A DNA stretch of 64,000 bases from contig OZ240245.1 of assembly GCA_965198175.1 (NCBI GenBank), forward strand, positions 3,232,001-3,296,000, in the 5' to 3' direction. Below the pieces are notes generated by a model. That model worked only from the letters and a program-made list of their open reading frames with translations. It had not been told where the DNA came from and made no database searches. The translations under genes were made by a program, and so were the position numbers. Positions 40,443 through 50,322 of the stretch are shown in pieces. How positions within the stretch are numbered: the stretch's first letter is position 1; each line of letters starts with the position of its first letter. Source of the DNA: Candidatus Poribacteria bacterium (GTDB lineage Bacteria > Poribacteria > WGA-4E > PCPOR2b).

Positions 40443-40471
40443 TTGAGTGCGCGGGGAAACAATGTTATCAT
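40443..40471 (+). promoter_or_regulatory. Possible sigma70 promoter for the ECF gene
   Basis: TTGAGT-17 nt-TATCAT with TG extension. Confidence 0.4.
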
Positions 40472-40554
40472 CCGTCCCACCGGAATGCAGGAAATTTTAT
40501 GATAAAAAATTCCGGCTACGGTGTCTTTAAAAGAAAAGCACGAAAGCATCCAAC

Positions 40555-42240
40555 ATGCAAATTGAGCATTCCGATGAAATCAACCTTATCCGACAGACGC
40601 TGAATGGCAGGGCATCAGCATTCAATCTGTTGGTCAAGATGCACCACGCAACAGTCTATGCGCTGGCTCTTTCGTATACCAAAAATCCCGCAGACGCAGA
40701 AGATCTCACCCAACAGATATTTATTCGAGCGTACGACCGGCTAGCAACTTTGCGTGAGTTGGATCGCTTTCTACCATGGCTTCAACGGATTTCACACAAT
40801 ACCTGCAAGAATTGGCTCCGACAGCGGAGCTGGGCGACGACCGGCTTTGAGGCGGTGAAGGACGCAGGTTTCGCGGAAACCGCCCCATCTCCTGAAGACA
40901 TTGCGCTGAAGGCTGAAATCGAAGCTGTAGTTCGAGAAGCAATCGGTACTCTACAGGAGACCGACCGCAAGTTGATGGAAGCCCGCTACATTGAAGGGGC
41001 AAGCTATAAGGAGTTGCAGGTCGAATCCGGTTTGTCGTATGCGGCGATTGTGAACCGCCTCAAGCGTGCGAAACAGAAGGTTCGCCGCCGAATCGAAAAA
41101 CTGTTGGGCGGTATGGCGATATTGCCAAGTCGAACGCTAATCCTGGGAGGTACAGAAACCGTGAAATTATCAGCGAAAGTGAAACTCGCGACGGTCGGGG
41201 TTGCCGCAGTTGTCGGAATTGGCGGGGGCGGTGTGTTGCATCACCGCACATTTCAATCGCAGCCTGTTGCAGTAAACGAGCAAGAGGTTTCAGAAGTGCG
41301 AGTTGCTACAGGGAATTCACTAGCCGACAGTGTGCATCCAACAGATGCCGTGTCGGGCATCAACTCCCCAACGAACGGGGAATCCATATCTAAAAAAGGC
41401 GAAGCTAATCGTTTTGAAATTTCGACAGTTGATGGCGATGTGAAAATTGTCGATGCCGAGGATATGCGCGAACTGTTGGAAGGACTGGAACTACCGGAAG
41501 AGATAGAGGGAGAGATTCACAAAGAGATTCGTCGAGCGATAAAAAAGCTAGGAAAGGGTGGTGTTAATGCGGACATCCAATGGAAAATGTTCAGGATTGA
41601 GGGCGATCAAAAACTGGAGATTGAGGAGCTGCCGGAGGAGTTAAAACAGAAAATCGCAAGTGGAGAATTTGTCGCATGGATTGAGGACGGGCAGGAACTG
41701 CCGGAAGAGATTCGCCAAGCGATAGAAGGGGCAAAAAAGGGTGGTACCATTACGAGAATTCAGGTGGAGTTGAACACAGAAGAACTGCCGGATGAGCTAA
41801 AGCAGAAATCGGCGAACCAGGACACCCAGCATCCGTCCTCTTCAGCACACACACCATCGACATCAACAGAATTGCCGCCACAGCCCACTCATTCTGGCCC
41901 ACAGGTTGAGTCCGCAACCGTCCTTTCCGAACCGTCAGAAGTCACGACCCCACTTTCAGATGAAGAGTGGGTGGAATTTGAGAAATTGTTGAGCGAGTTC
42001 TCAGATGAGGATTGGGCAGATTTTGAAAGGCTACTTAAAGCCGCCACAGAAGGGAAATCGCCGCATCGGGATAAGCAGGTGCCGCTTGATGTTGAACGGC
42101 GGATTGAAAAAGCGCTTGAGGAACCGTCCATTGACCCATCCGTGCGGCAAGAGATGCGGCAGCGACCGCGTCTCCCAATCGAACGCACTACCGACGTGCC
42201 GCCTCACTCCAAGGAGGCAGATAAGAACAGGAAACGATAA
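40555..42240 (+). CDS. ECF sigma-70 factor with a TM helix and long acidic C-terminal extension
   Basis: Region 2 DAEDLTQQIFIRAY...F-x-x-WL-x-RI-x-x-N; region 4 G-x-SY-x-E...RL-x-RA; TM LATVGVAAVVGIGGGGVL; repeated ELPEE. Confidence 0.88.
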   Translation: MQIEHSDEINLIRQTLNGRASAFNLLVKMHHATVYALALSYTKNPADAEDLTQQIFIRAYDRLATLRELDRFLPWLQRISHNTCKNWLRQRSWATTGFEAVKDAGFAETAPSPEDIALKAEIEAVVREAIGTLQETDRKLMEARYIEGASYKELQVESGLSYAAIVNRLKRAKQKVRRRIEKLLGGMAILPSRTLILGGTETVKLSAKVKLATVGVAAVVGIGGGGVLHHRTFQSQPVAVNEQEVSEVRVATGNSLADSVHPTDAVSGINSPTNGESISKKGEANRFEISTVDGDVKIVDAEDMRELLEGLELPEEIEGEIHKEIRRAIKKLGKGGVNADIQWKMFRIEGDQKLEIEELPEELKQKIASGEFVAWIEDGQELPEEIRQAIEGAKKGGTITRIQVELNTEELPDELKQKSANQDTQHPSSSAHTPSTSTELPPQPTHSGPQVESATVLSEPSEVTTPLSDEEWVEFEKLLSEFSDEDWADFERLLKAATEGKSPHRDKQVPLDVERRIEKALEEPSIDPSVRQEMRQRPRLPIERTTDVPPHSKEADKNRKR

Positions 42241-42466
42241 TCCCGTCCCGCGAATCTCAGTGATTGCATAATCGTAGCTTCTTGTTTCCTCGCTGCGAAC
42301 CGACCACTATCCTGACATCCTTGAATTCTTCGCTCATACCTATTTGGTCGGAGCGAGCATCAAATTCCACCGAGAGTGCAGGTTTCTCATCACCTTTCCA
42401 ATATCTTTTCATCGCGGCTGACACCATATTCTATTCCTTGAGCGGGCGTGTGAGAAGTTTAACAGA

Positions 42467-45304
42467 TTATCGCCGTTTCCATATCGATACGTTTCCAAGC
42501 TGAATGGCTTCCGTATAGTGTGATTGAAGATACTCGGCGACTAATGGAAGCACGGAGGTGTTCCACTCTCCGAATATAACTAATTTCGGCTTCGTCTCCT
42601 CTAAGTCCGCAATCACCTCTTTCTGCAGAGGCTTTGGAGAAGCATAGGCGATTTGAGCGAATCTTGTTGGATTTGGTCTATTCGCAAGAAAATAATAGAC
42701 GCCTTGATTTGCAAAATCGAAGATTGGCTCAGAAGAATCCGTGTTTTCTTGTAGATACTTGACCACCTGTTCAATCTGCGCTGCCTCGTTAACCGGCGTC
42801 AAAACCCGCCCCGCTCTCTTTACGCGAACCTCGGCATATCCCTGTGGAATGCTTCCATATTTCGTAAAATTAACAAGCATCGTTTCAGCCTTTTTCAAAG
42901 GCTTGGCGGCAAAAACCCCGTACAGATCTGTCCTGATATACCAGAGCAAGCCAAGCACGAAAATCAACGAACATATTAGCTGAGGAAGATGAATTCGGGA
43001 CTTTTTCGCTTTGCGGACTGTTCGGGACGACGCATCACTACATTCATCAGGTTCCATCGTCAAAGTGGAATCGTTGGATGAATCGGCTTTTACCGGTTCG
43101 CCATTCATTTCGGACTTGGAGGTAATCTCAGAAGATTCATGGGACCTAAACGCTAGCCAAACTCTCTCAAAGAAAAAGAAGCAGATTAACCAGAAAAATG
43201 AAGAGCTAAATATAACATGGTGCCAGTCTGAACGACCTAAGGCTGTGCGGAAAAAAATGATACCCGCCAACAGAATTAACAGCAACTTCCAATCCTCCAT
43301 TCTCCATTGATTGGCAATTGCGCGAAACAACAGAAAGGTCAAAGTCATCAGGTAAACAAGGATTGGGAAATACCACATGAACGTCTCGCTTAAAATGAAG
43401 TCCGAGAAGGCGAAAAGAGAAGTAATTTTTGAAAGTTCTGACAACAGCGGGATAAAAGGCGTTCCCCAGATTTCCGTGTGATACGTGAATTGTGTCCATG
43501 AGCTCCGGAACATATCATCTATCGCACCATGAACGCCAAAAAAGATAAGAAAAGGGGTAAAACCTATCATGACCCCTAACTCATACGTGAGAAGCGGCGA
43601 CAAACACTTCCCCAATACGCCCTTCCTAATTTGTTGTATTCTGCCTCTAAAAGAACTAGGATTCCCGGCGGTTCCATCTATATTAGCGGATCTGGTCCAG
43701 ATGGAGGCGAAACCGAAAAGAAATAGGAACAAGCTAGAGACTGCCCAAGTATACAAACCGGTGTCAAGACTGTAGAACACTGCCAATGTTGTACAGACTC
43801 CTGCCACAACGAGAATTGATTTTCCATGTCCGTCGCCTCTATGGGTCCACTTGCACAACAACATCAACGAGAGAAAGCCCAGTATATGTCTATCCGTTAC
43901 TGGAAGATACGCTCGCGGTACTGCCAAACCAAACGTCAGTAAAATAAGAGCGAATGCAACAAAGAGCGCTGTGGCTCTCCTTCGGAAACACTGTAAAGCG
44001 AGAAGATAGAAACAGATATATCCCAGCGGATACACAATATGGTGCAGCCTTCTATCTGCTTCAAGAGTTTCTCCAAAGAATTTCATGGCGAGCAAGGGTT
44101 TGTATGCATTTTGAAAGAGCCCGTGCTGAAGGTATACATCTCTGTATGGAATTCCGCCACGTAGCAGTTCGTTTACTACCGCCATACGTTCCCCTTCGTG
44201 ATAAAGGTCGATACCACTTATGTTGTTCGCACCGGTATAGGCATGACTGAGGCTGGCATTGCTATTGTACAGAAAGACATAAATGAGACCGGAAATCATA
44301 ATGACGTTCAGGATAGACACCTTCCGCTGCAGAGCAGAGCGGTGCGGCAGGCAGGCGGGAACTTGCTGCTTACGAGTTCTGCTGGAGGAACGAAGCTGCA
44401 AGAAGGCAAAGATTTTCAAAGCGACAATCACTGTAACGACGATAAGTGCCAGGATTGTCGCTGCATGTTTGACTCTGAAAAACACCGTGAGAAACAAAAG
44501 CAAGGCAGAGGGGAAATAAGTCACAGAATCAGCTCGGAGTATATCCGCGAAGCTATAGGGTGTCAAGGCACTCAGCAGTGCCGAATAACCAACCCAGAAG
44601 CCCCATGTTCCCAGTAATATAAAAAAGAGCATTTCCCAACACTGGAGCGCCGTAACTTCTTTTGGACTTCCTAGAATAAGAAGAAAAACAGTTAGGCACG
44701 CGCCACAGGCAATGGGTATCCCATGAAATGGTATTGTCGTCCTTGCCCAAAGGACTTCTCCTATTTTTGGCTTCTTTGTCAAGATGGTCCCGTCTGTGGG
44801 TTTATCCACAGACGCTTCCAGTTCTTCACAGCCACCCTTTTTTGAGATGAGCAGGTGGAAAGAAAAAAGCAACACTTGGGCAATCAGGAACAGAAGCAGT
44901 GGAGTTCCAATTTCCCCAGCAAATCTGCTGGGAAGGTATCCCCTCTCCAATACTAATAGCAAAAGAAGGTACGTGAATGCGTCTTGTCTCAGGATGCGCT
45001 CTTTGGCGTTTTTAGTCAAAGCAGCGCAAAGCGCCGAAAATATCACCCAAAATCCACAACATAAGAGAGCAAAGAGCGGTACGAAGGTTAGAGTAACTAA
45101 ATAGTAAACAATCTCCTGACGCTTCGCAGAAGCAGCCTCAGTCAATTTATGTGCTCCGATTTGAGCCAAAAAATGGAGGTGTTCCTTAAAAGTGAAACCC
45201 AATGCCAATGCAAAGACAAAGCTACTTACAGATACTATCACCGTAAAAGCTTGGGTTCTATGTTGTCGCGCAAGGTTGAAAGTTTCACGAATAATGTCAT
45301 GCAC
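42467..45304 (-). CDS. Large polytopic membrane protein, GT-C/GT39-like putative glycosyltransferase
   Basis: Many TM segments; DLYHEGE...G-x-x-PYRD-x-x-x-x-HG, ALGRSD-x-x-H and YYFL-x-x-R-x-NPTRF motifs. Confidence 0.55.
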   Translation of the reverse strand: MHDIIRETFNLARQHRTQAFTVIVSVSSFVFALALGFTFKEHLHFLAQIGAHKLTEAASAKRQEIVYYLVTLTFVPLFALLCCGFWVIFSALCAALTKNAKERILRQDAFTYLLLLLVLERGYLPSRFAGEIGTPLLLFLIAQVLLFSFHLLISKKGGCEELEASVDKPTDGTILTKKPKIGEVLWARTTIPFHGIPIACGACLTVFLLILGSPKEVTALQCWEMLFFILLGTWGFWVGYSALLSALTPYSFADILRADSVTYFPSALLLFLTVFFRVKHAATILALIVVTVIVALKIFAFLQLRSSSRTRKQQVPACLPHRSALQRKVSILNVIMISGLIYVFLYNSNASLSHAYTGANNISGIDLYHEGERMAVVNELLRGGIPYRDVYLQHGLFQNAYKPLLAMKFFGETLEADRRLHHIVYPLGYICFYLLALQCFRRRATALFVAFALILLTFGLAVPRAYLPVTDRHILGFLSLMLLCKWTHRGDGHGKSILVVAGVCTTLAVFYSLDTGLYTWAVSSLFLFLFGFASIWTRSANIDGTAGNPSSFRGRIQQIRKGVLGKCLSPLLTYELGVMIGFTPFLIFFGVHGAIDDMFRSSWTQFTYHTEIWGTPFIPLLSELSKITSLFAFSDFILSETFMWYFPILVYLMTLTFLLFRAIANQWRMEDWKLLLILLAGIIFFRTALGRSDWHHVIFSSSFFWLICFFFFERVWLAFRSHESSEITSKSEMNGEPVKADSSNDSTLTMEPDECSDASSRTVRKAKKSRIHLPQLICSLIFVLGLLWYIRTDLYGVFAAKPLKKAETMLVNFTKYGSIPQGYAEVRVKRAGRVLTPVNEAAQIEQVVKYLQENTDSSEPIFDFANQGVYYFLANRPNPTRFAQIAYASPKPLQKEVIADLEETKPKLVIFGEWNTSVLPLVAEYLQSHYTEAIQLGNVSIWKRR

Positions 45305-45626
45305 AGCAAGATCCTTTGGTCGGAGAAAGCTCCGGTTCGTCCTGATGGACGCTCAATCTGTATTCTTGAAATAATACTTTAATGTCATTTCGTTCGGATT
45401 GTTGGGTCTCTCAACGATTTCGTTAAGGTAGCCGTTTTCATCAAGATCAGCAATCAGGGTTTCCAATATTTCATGAAAAAACTGGACGTAGCTATCCTCT
45501 GGCTGGCGTGAAAAGGTGGAACATCATGAGTGGGATGTAGCTGCGATTCTGTTAATGTCAATGGCGTGTGTATTAAGGTAAGGTGGACACTGGGTCCCCA
45601 TGTTTATGGCAAATTCTCCGAACCAT

Positions 45627-46589
45627 TCATGGAATCAACGTTATATTACCGTATGCCGGCGATTCCATTACGCTGCGATGGGCGTCAGCTGCTTCAGCAA
45701 GCGGCATTTCTTTGCCAACTAGGGGGTGGAGCGTACCATTCCTCAAGCCAGCAACTAGGTAAGCGTGGATGCGGGAGAAGTCACGCGCAGAAGCATTCCT
45801 TAACGACATACCTAAGATACTCGCGTCACGACTCATCGTGTCGCGGGCATTGACTTCCACAACGCCCCGGCTACCGATTACGACAACCCGCCCGCCCATA
45901 GCTAGTGCGGGTAGATCCTTACCAAGATTGACATTCGCGAGCATTTCGAGGATGACGTCTACACCTCGTCCATCGGTGAGTTGCACGGCTTGGTCAAGAT
46001 GATCCGGCGTATGGTGATCCAAAACATAATTTGCACCGTGTTCGATAACCAGAGACCGCCCTTCTTCAGAACCTGCGGTGCCAATGACAGTCATTCCGGC
46101 GGTCCGAGCTAACTGAACCGCCGCAAGACCAACACCGCCGCTTGCACCATGGACTAGAACAACCTCTCCCGGCTCTACCCGGGCGCGTTGAAAAAGCGCA
46201 CGATATGCTGTGCCATAGGGCACACCAACGCATGCACCCTGGGCAAACGATACCGTTTCAGGAAGTGGATGCACGTCGGCAGCGTCGCATACGGTTCTTT
46301 CTGCATAGCTACCACTGATTGTTCCGGCACAGTAAACACGATCTCCCACTGATATGTTGCCAGCGCCAACACCGATGGATAGAACGATACCGGCAGCGTC
46401 GATTCCAGGGGTGTAGGGGAGATCGGCTGTATAACCGTGGAGCCCGGACCGAATGTATGTATCTACCGGATTGACACCAGCCGCATGCACCTGTACTACG
46501 ACCTGTCCAGCGCCGGGCTGCGGGTCTGGTATCTCTTCTAACGTCATCACTTCCGGGGAGCCATGTTCATGCACTCTAATCGATTTCAT
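45627..46589 (-). CDS. NADPH:quinone reductase (zeta-crystallin/MDR family)
   Basis: GVNPVD-x-x-x-RSG, PY-x-TAY and VHGASGGVG motifs. Confidence 0.92.
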   Translation of the reverse strand: MKSIRVHEHGSPEVMTLEEIPDPQPGAGQVVVQVHAAGVNPVDTYIRSGLHGYTADLPYTPGIDAAGIVLSIGVGAGNISVGDRVYCAGTISGSYAERTVCDAADVHPLPETVSFAQGACVGVPYGTAYRALFQRARVEPGEVVLVHGASGGVGLAAVQLARTAGMTVIGTAGSEEGRSLVIEHGANYVLDHHTPDHLDQAVQLTDGRGVDVILEMLANVNLGKDLPALAMGGRVVVIGSRGVVEVNARDTMSRDASILGMSLRNASARDFSRIHAYLVAGLRNGTLHPLVGKEMPLAEAADAHRSVMESPAYGNITLIP

Positions 46590-46606
46590 AATTTCTTCCT
46601 CCTTCT

Positions 46607-46634
46607 CTTCGGAAGGTCATGAACCTTCCAAAAG
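46607..46634. repeat. Degenerate copy of the CTTCGGAAGG palindrome family
   Basis: CTTCGGAAGGT-CATGA-ACCTTCCAAAAG, similar to 684-718. Confidence 0.45.
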
Positions 46635-46644
46635 TCCAAGTTCA

Positions 46645-47973
46645 TTAACCGTTTTTCGCGTTCGTAGACCGGTAATGGATGCGTAGGGGTGTTCCGTTAA
46701 AGCCGAATGTCTTGCGAATACCATTAATCAGATACGCTTCATAGTGGTCAGGGATTTTATTGGGGTGCCGAGCAAAAACCAGAAATGTTGGCGGTCGCGT
46801 CTTTATCTGTGTGATGTATTTCAATGCGGGCCGGATTTTGCCAGACCGCGGCGGTTGATGCTCATTCTTTAATCTCATCAACAGGTCGTTTAATTCGTGC
46901 GTTGGTACCTCTGAGCAATATTCGTTATGAATGTCCAAACTAAGATCGAGGAGATTCGTGACACGCTGACCGGTAATTGCCGAAACAAAAAGTAACGGTA
47001 CGTACGAGAGTTGGGATAGTTGAGCGTAAATCGACTCGACAAATTCGTTGTACGTCGAATTGTCCTTCTTAATCAAATCCCATTTGTTGATTACCAAAAT
47101 GCACGCCTTTCCCTGTCTCGCGATGTAACTAGCGATAGTTTTTTCTTGACGCGCAATTTCACGATCGGCGTCGGCAACTAACCACGAAATGTCACTCTGA
47201 CGAATACTGCGAATTGCGCGTTGAACGGTCGATTGTTCCAGTTGGTCATCAATTGCAGATTTCCGCCGCATCCCGGCTGTGTCAATCAGTTCAAAAGGAA
47301 CATGATTATGCAAAAAACTGATGTTGACCGCGTCATGTGTTGTTCCGGGACGTTCATCAACTATCATCCGCTCTTCCCCTAGAATCCTGTTAATCAGTGA
47401 TGACTTGCCTACATTGGGACGGCCTACGATGGCAATTTTGATTGCCTTTGAAGGTGCCGAAGTATCTGCCTCAGCCTCTGGAAGCGCAAACACAACTTCA
47501 TCAAGGAGGAAACTGAGCCCCTCATTCTGCGTACATGATATGAAGACAAGGTTGCCCAGGCCCAGTGCGTAAAACTCCCCTGCACCGGTTCTCAAGCGTT
47601 CATTATCGACTTTGTTCGCAACAACGAAAATTGATTTCTCCGTTTGCCTTAGCGCGTTCGCTATTTCCAGATCTTGCGGCATCATCCCCGTCATTGCATC
47701 AACCACGAACAGAATAATAGCGGCTTCGTTTAATGCTACTTCAACTTGCAACTTAACACTATCAATGAGCCGATCTTCTGGAGCGAGCTCTAATCCGCCG
47801 GTATCGGCGAGCGTGAAGCTTTCCTCCATCCAATTGACATCCGCATAGAGCCGATCTCGTGTCACGCCCGGTTGGTCATGGATGACAGCAATCTGTTTTT
47901 TGGCAAGCAGGTTAAAAAGTGAAGACTTCCCAACGTTCGGTCTGCCAACGATAGCAACAATCGGTTGTGCCAT
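46645..47973 (-). CDS. der: Ribosome biogenesis GTPase Der (EngA)
   Basis: Two GRPNVGKSS P-loops, DTGG/DTAG and NKVD/NKWD motifs, KH-like tail. Confidence 0.97.
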   Translation of the reverse strand: MAQPIVAIVGRPNVGKSSLFNLLAKKQIAVIHDQPGVTRDRLYADVNWMEESFTLADTGGLELAPEDRLIDSVKLQVEVALNEAAIILFVVDAMTGMMPQDLEIANALRQTEKSIFVVANKVDNERLRTGAGEFYALGLGNLVFISCTQNEGLSFLLDEVVFALPEAEADTSAPSKAIKIAIVGRPNVGKSSLINRILGEERMIVDERPGTTHDAVNISFLHNHVPFELIDTAGMRRKSAIDDQLEQSTVQRAIRSIRQSDISWLVADADREIARQEKTIASYIARQGKACILVINKWDLIKKDNSTYNEFVESIYAQLSQLSYVPLLFVSAITGQRVTNLLDLSLDIHNEYCSEVPTHELNDLLMRLKNEHQPPRSGKIRPALKYITQIKTRPPTFLVFARHPNKIPDHYEAYLINGIRKTFGFNGTPLRIHYRSTNAKNG

Positions 47974-48002
47974 GATTTACCTTCCCTTTTTGGGATTCTG
48001 GC

Positions 48003-50246
48003 TCACTCTTGTGCTTCTACGTGAGTGCTCAAATTGATCCTTCTTGAGACTGTCAGTACCGACTTTATTACAACAATAACCGGAAATGCGAGGAGTACGC
48101 CCCAAAAGCCGAACATAGAAGCGCCGAATATCACGGCGAACATAATCACCAGAGGATCGACATCTATCGCTCTGCTCATGATTTTGGGTGAGATTAGCGA
48201 GTTATCAATTGCTTGGATGCTGAAGATAGCTCCCAACAAAACAGCAATCCGGATTAGCAAACCAATGGGAACAAAATCTCCCGCAACGAACCCCATCAAC
48301 AGCGAGAGAATTGCAACGCCTCCGCCAATAAATGGCCCAAAGGTAGGAATAGCATTGCACAACCCTGCGAGTAATCCAATGACCAGGGCAAATGGCACAC
48401 CGATGATTGAATACACAACTATCGAAATGACACTGATGATAAAACTTACGGCAACCTGTCCCCGCAGGAATGACTCCATAGTACGGTTAAGCTCTGTCAG
48501 ATAGAGCCTGACAGTGTTCCGATTGCCTTCGGGAAACAGGTTAACCAAGTCTTGAGTGTAGCGGTTGAACGCCCGACTAGCATAGATGAAAACAATGAGC
48601 GCCAAGAATACCGTCGCTAGAAATCCGCCGAATCCGATGGCGATCGATGAGAAGTGCGTTACAAGCGTCCTGATAAATTCGCTTCCCGCCCGTGCCAATG
48701 TAGGAAGTTTGTCCGTCAGCTCAGCTTGTATGCGGTCTGGGACACCCGTTCCACCAATAGTTTTGAGAAGCTGATTGTCCTTCAGTTCGGCGAGGATTCC
48801 CTGTTTCGCTCGCACACCTGTGAACTGCCATGCGGCATGATTGGTTTGCCGATAAATGCCGCGACGATTACCTGCGTAAAGTGTCCCCTGTTGAGGCAGC
48901 GAAGCCAGCAGTGGAACCGCTGACGAATTCAACTCAGGAGATGCCTTGATTAGCTGCCACATTGCACCGCTCTGCCAATTATCAATTCCCTTGGAATTCT
49001 GAGCATAATTTTCGACATCGTCAAAATAAGCGTTCAGGTAGGCGCTCGGGTCGAACTGCCACTCATAAATCCCGTTTGATGTCCCCGCATAGAGTCGTTC
49101 ATGTCCAACGGCGAGCGCATGGATTTGTGCATCGCCTAATCCTTTCGAAGTTATGGGAACCCAGGATTCACCTTCGTCGGAAGTTTGATACATACCTCGA
49201 TCGGAAGCGATAAAGACAGATTTTGTAGTTTCGGATGAACAGGCAACACTCTGTATGGAAATTTCGCCTTGTGGCACGCCGGCAGATTGACCCACATGAA
49301 TCTCCTTCCAAGTCGCACCGCGATCGTTGCTCAAATGTAAGCCAAAATCAGTTCCCACATAAAGTTGAGCGAAATTCCATGGCGGTATTGCAATCGCTCG
49401 AATCGATTTTTCAGCGAATGTGTCAGCATCGATTTCCACCCAAGTTGTGGTGTCTGTTTCCATGTTGTCCGTGGTTTTTGGTACATACAGTCCCTGCGCC
49501 GTCCCTACGTGAAGCTGCTGGCCCCCATCCCCCACAGCAACCGCTTGAATGGGTTGTCCAATCAGAACTCCTCCCGTTATGTCCTCAGGTCGGTTTCTAC
49601 CATCTTCAAAGCGATAGATCCCGTGTGTTGTTCCGAGTAAAACTACGTTTGAACCCTCAGGTTGAGGGCGAACGGCAACTGCATGGAATTCATTGCCGAT
49701 AGCGAAGGGCAACATATGGTTGTAGAACCTTACCAATCCCCCAACCATGTCCCTCGACTGTCTGCTAACCTGCGGAATAATGTACAGCAATAACACCGCG
49801 AACACACCGAGGGTCAGGGCTGTTAGAACCACTCGTGCAGTCCTCCGCGATAATTGCAAGCGTCTACCTCGCGTCAGCGGGATGTCCTGTATGGTGTTCA
49901 GCAGAAATCGGAAGAAATAAGCGAACCCAAAGCCCAGTATGAAAGGTATCAGGATGCCCGACAGGTTGATAAACAACCAGATACCGACCATGGTGAGAAG
50001 GACGTTGACGATGCTCTTGACGGCAACTAGGCGATAGATGGAAGTCAAAAGAAAAAGGAGCAGAATCGGAACCATCGGATGCAATAGCAGGATATTCCCG
50101 CCACCTGAATCTTTTGTCTTTGATCCGCTATAGTAAGCAAACGCAACCCAGCCCGCGACAAACACAATAATGATAATCGTATAGATTTTATTGCTAGTCG
50201 TCTGTTCGTTAGAGCGAGGTTGTTTTCCAGATGGAATATGTGTCAT
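48003..50246 (-). CDS. AI-2E (PerM/TqsA) family transporter with an inserted beta-propeller-like domain
   Basis: C-terminal FLRGQ, IP-x-FGP, P-x-IM and FGFWGVLLA-x-P motifs; central LYVGT-x-x-G and S-x-D-x-G-x-[TS]W repeats. Confidence 0.85.
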   Translation of the reverse strand: MTHIPSGKQPRSNEQTTSNKIYTIIIIVFVAGWVAFAYYSGSKTKDSGGGNILLLHPMVPILLLFLLTSIYRLVAVKSIVNVLLTMVGIWLFINLSGILIPFILGFGFAYFFRFLLNTIQDIPLTRGRRLQLSRRTARVVLTALTLGVFAVLLLYIIPQVSRQSRDMVGGLVRFYNHMLPFAIGNEFHAVAVRPQPEGSNVVLLGTTHGIYRFEDGRNRPEDITGGVLIGQPIQAVAVGDGGQQLHVGTAQGLYVPKTTDNMETDTTTWVEIDADTFAEKSIRAIAIPPWNFAQLYVGTDFGLHLSNDRGATWKEIHVGQSAGVPQGEISIQSVACSSETTKSVFIASDRGMYQTSDEGESWVPITSKGLGDAQIHALAVGHERLYAGTSNGIYEWQFDPSAYLNAYFDDVENYAQNSKGIDNWQSGAMWQLIKASPELNSSAVPLLASLPQQGTLYAGNRRGIYRQTNHAAWQFTGVRAKQGILAELKDNQLLKTIGGTGVPDRIQAELTDKLPTLARAGSEFIRTLVTHFSSIAIGFGGFLATVFLALIVFIYASRAFNRYTQDLVNLFPEGNRNTVRLYLTELNRTMESFLRGQVAVSFIISVISIVVYSIIGVPFALVIGLLAGLCNAIPTFGPFIGGGVAILSLLMGFVAGDFVPIGLLIRIAVLLGAIFSIQAIDNSLISPKIMSRAIDVDPLVIMFAVIFGASMFGFWGVLLAFPVIVVIKSVLTVSRRINLSTHVEAQE

Positions 50247-50322
50247 GGCGTTGAGGGAAAAATGGAAGACCTAACCATGAAGTGTATTCAGTTCAAAACT
50301 GTTTTTACATTCTGAAAAGAAA

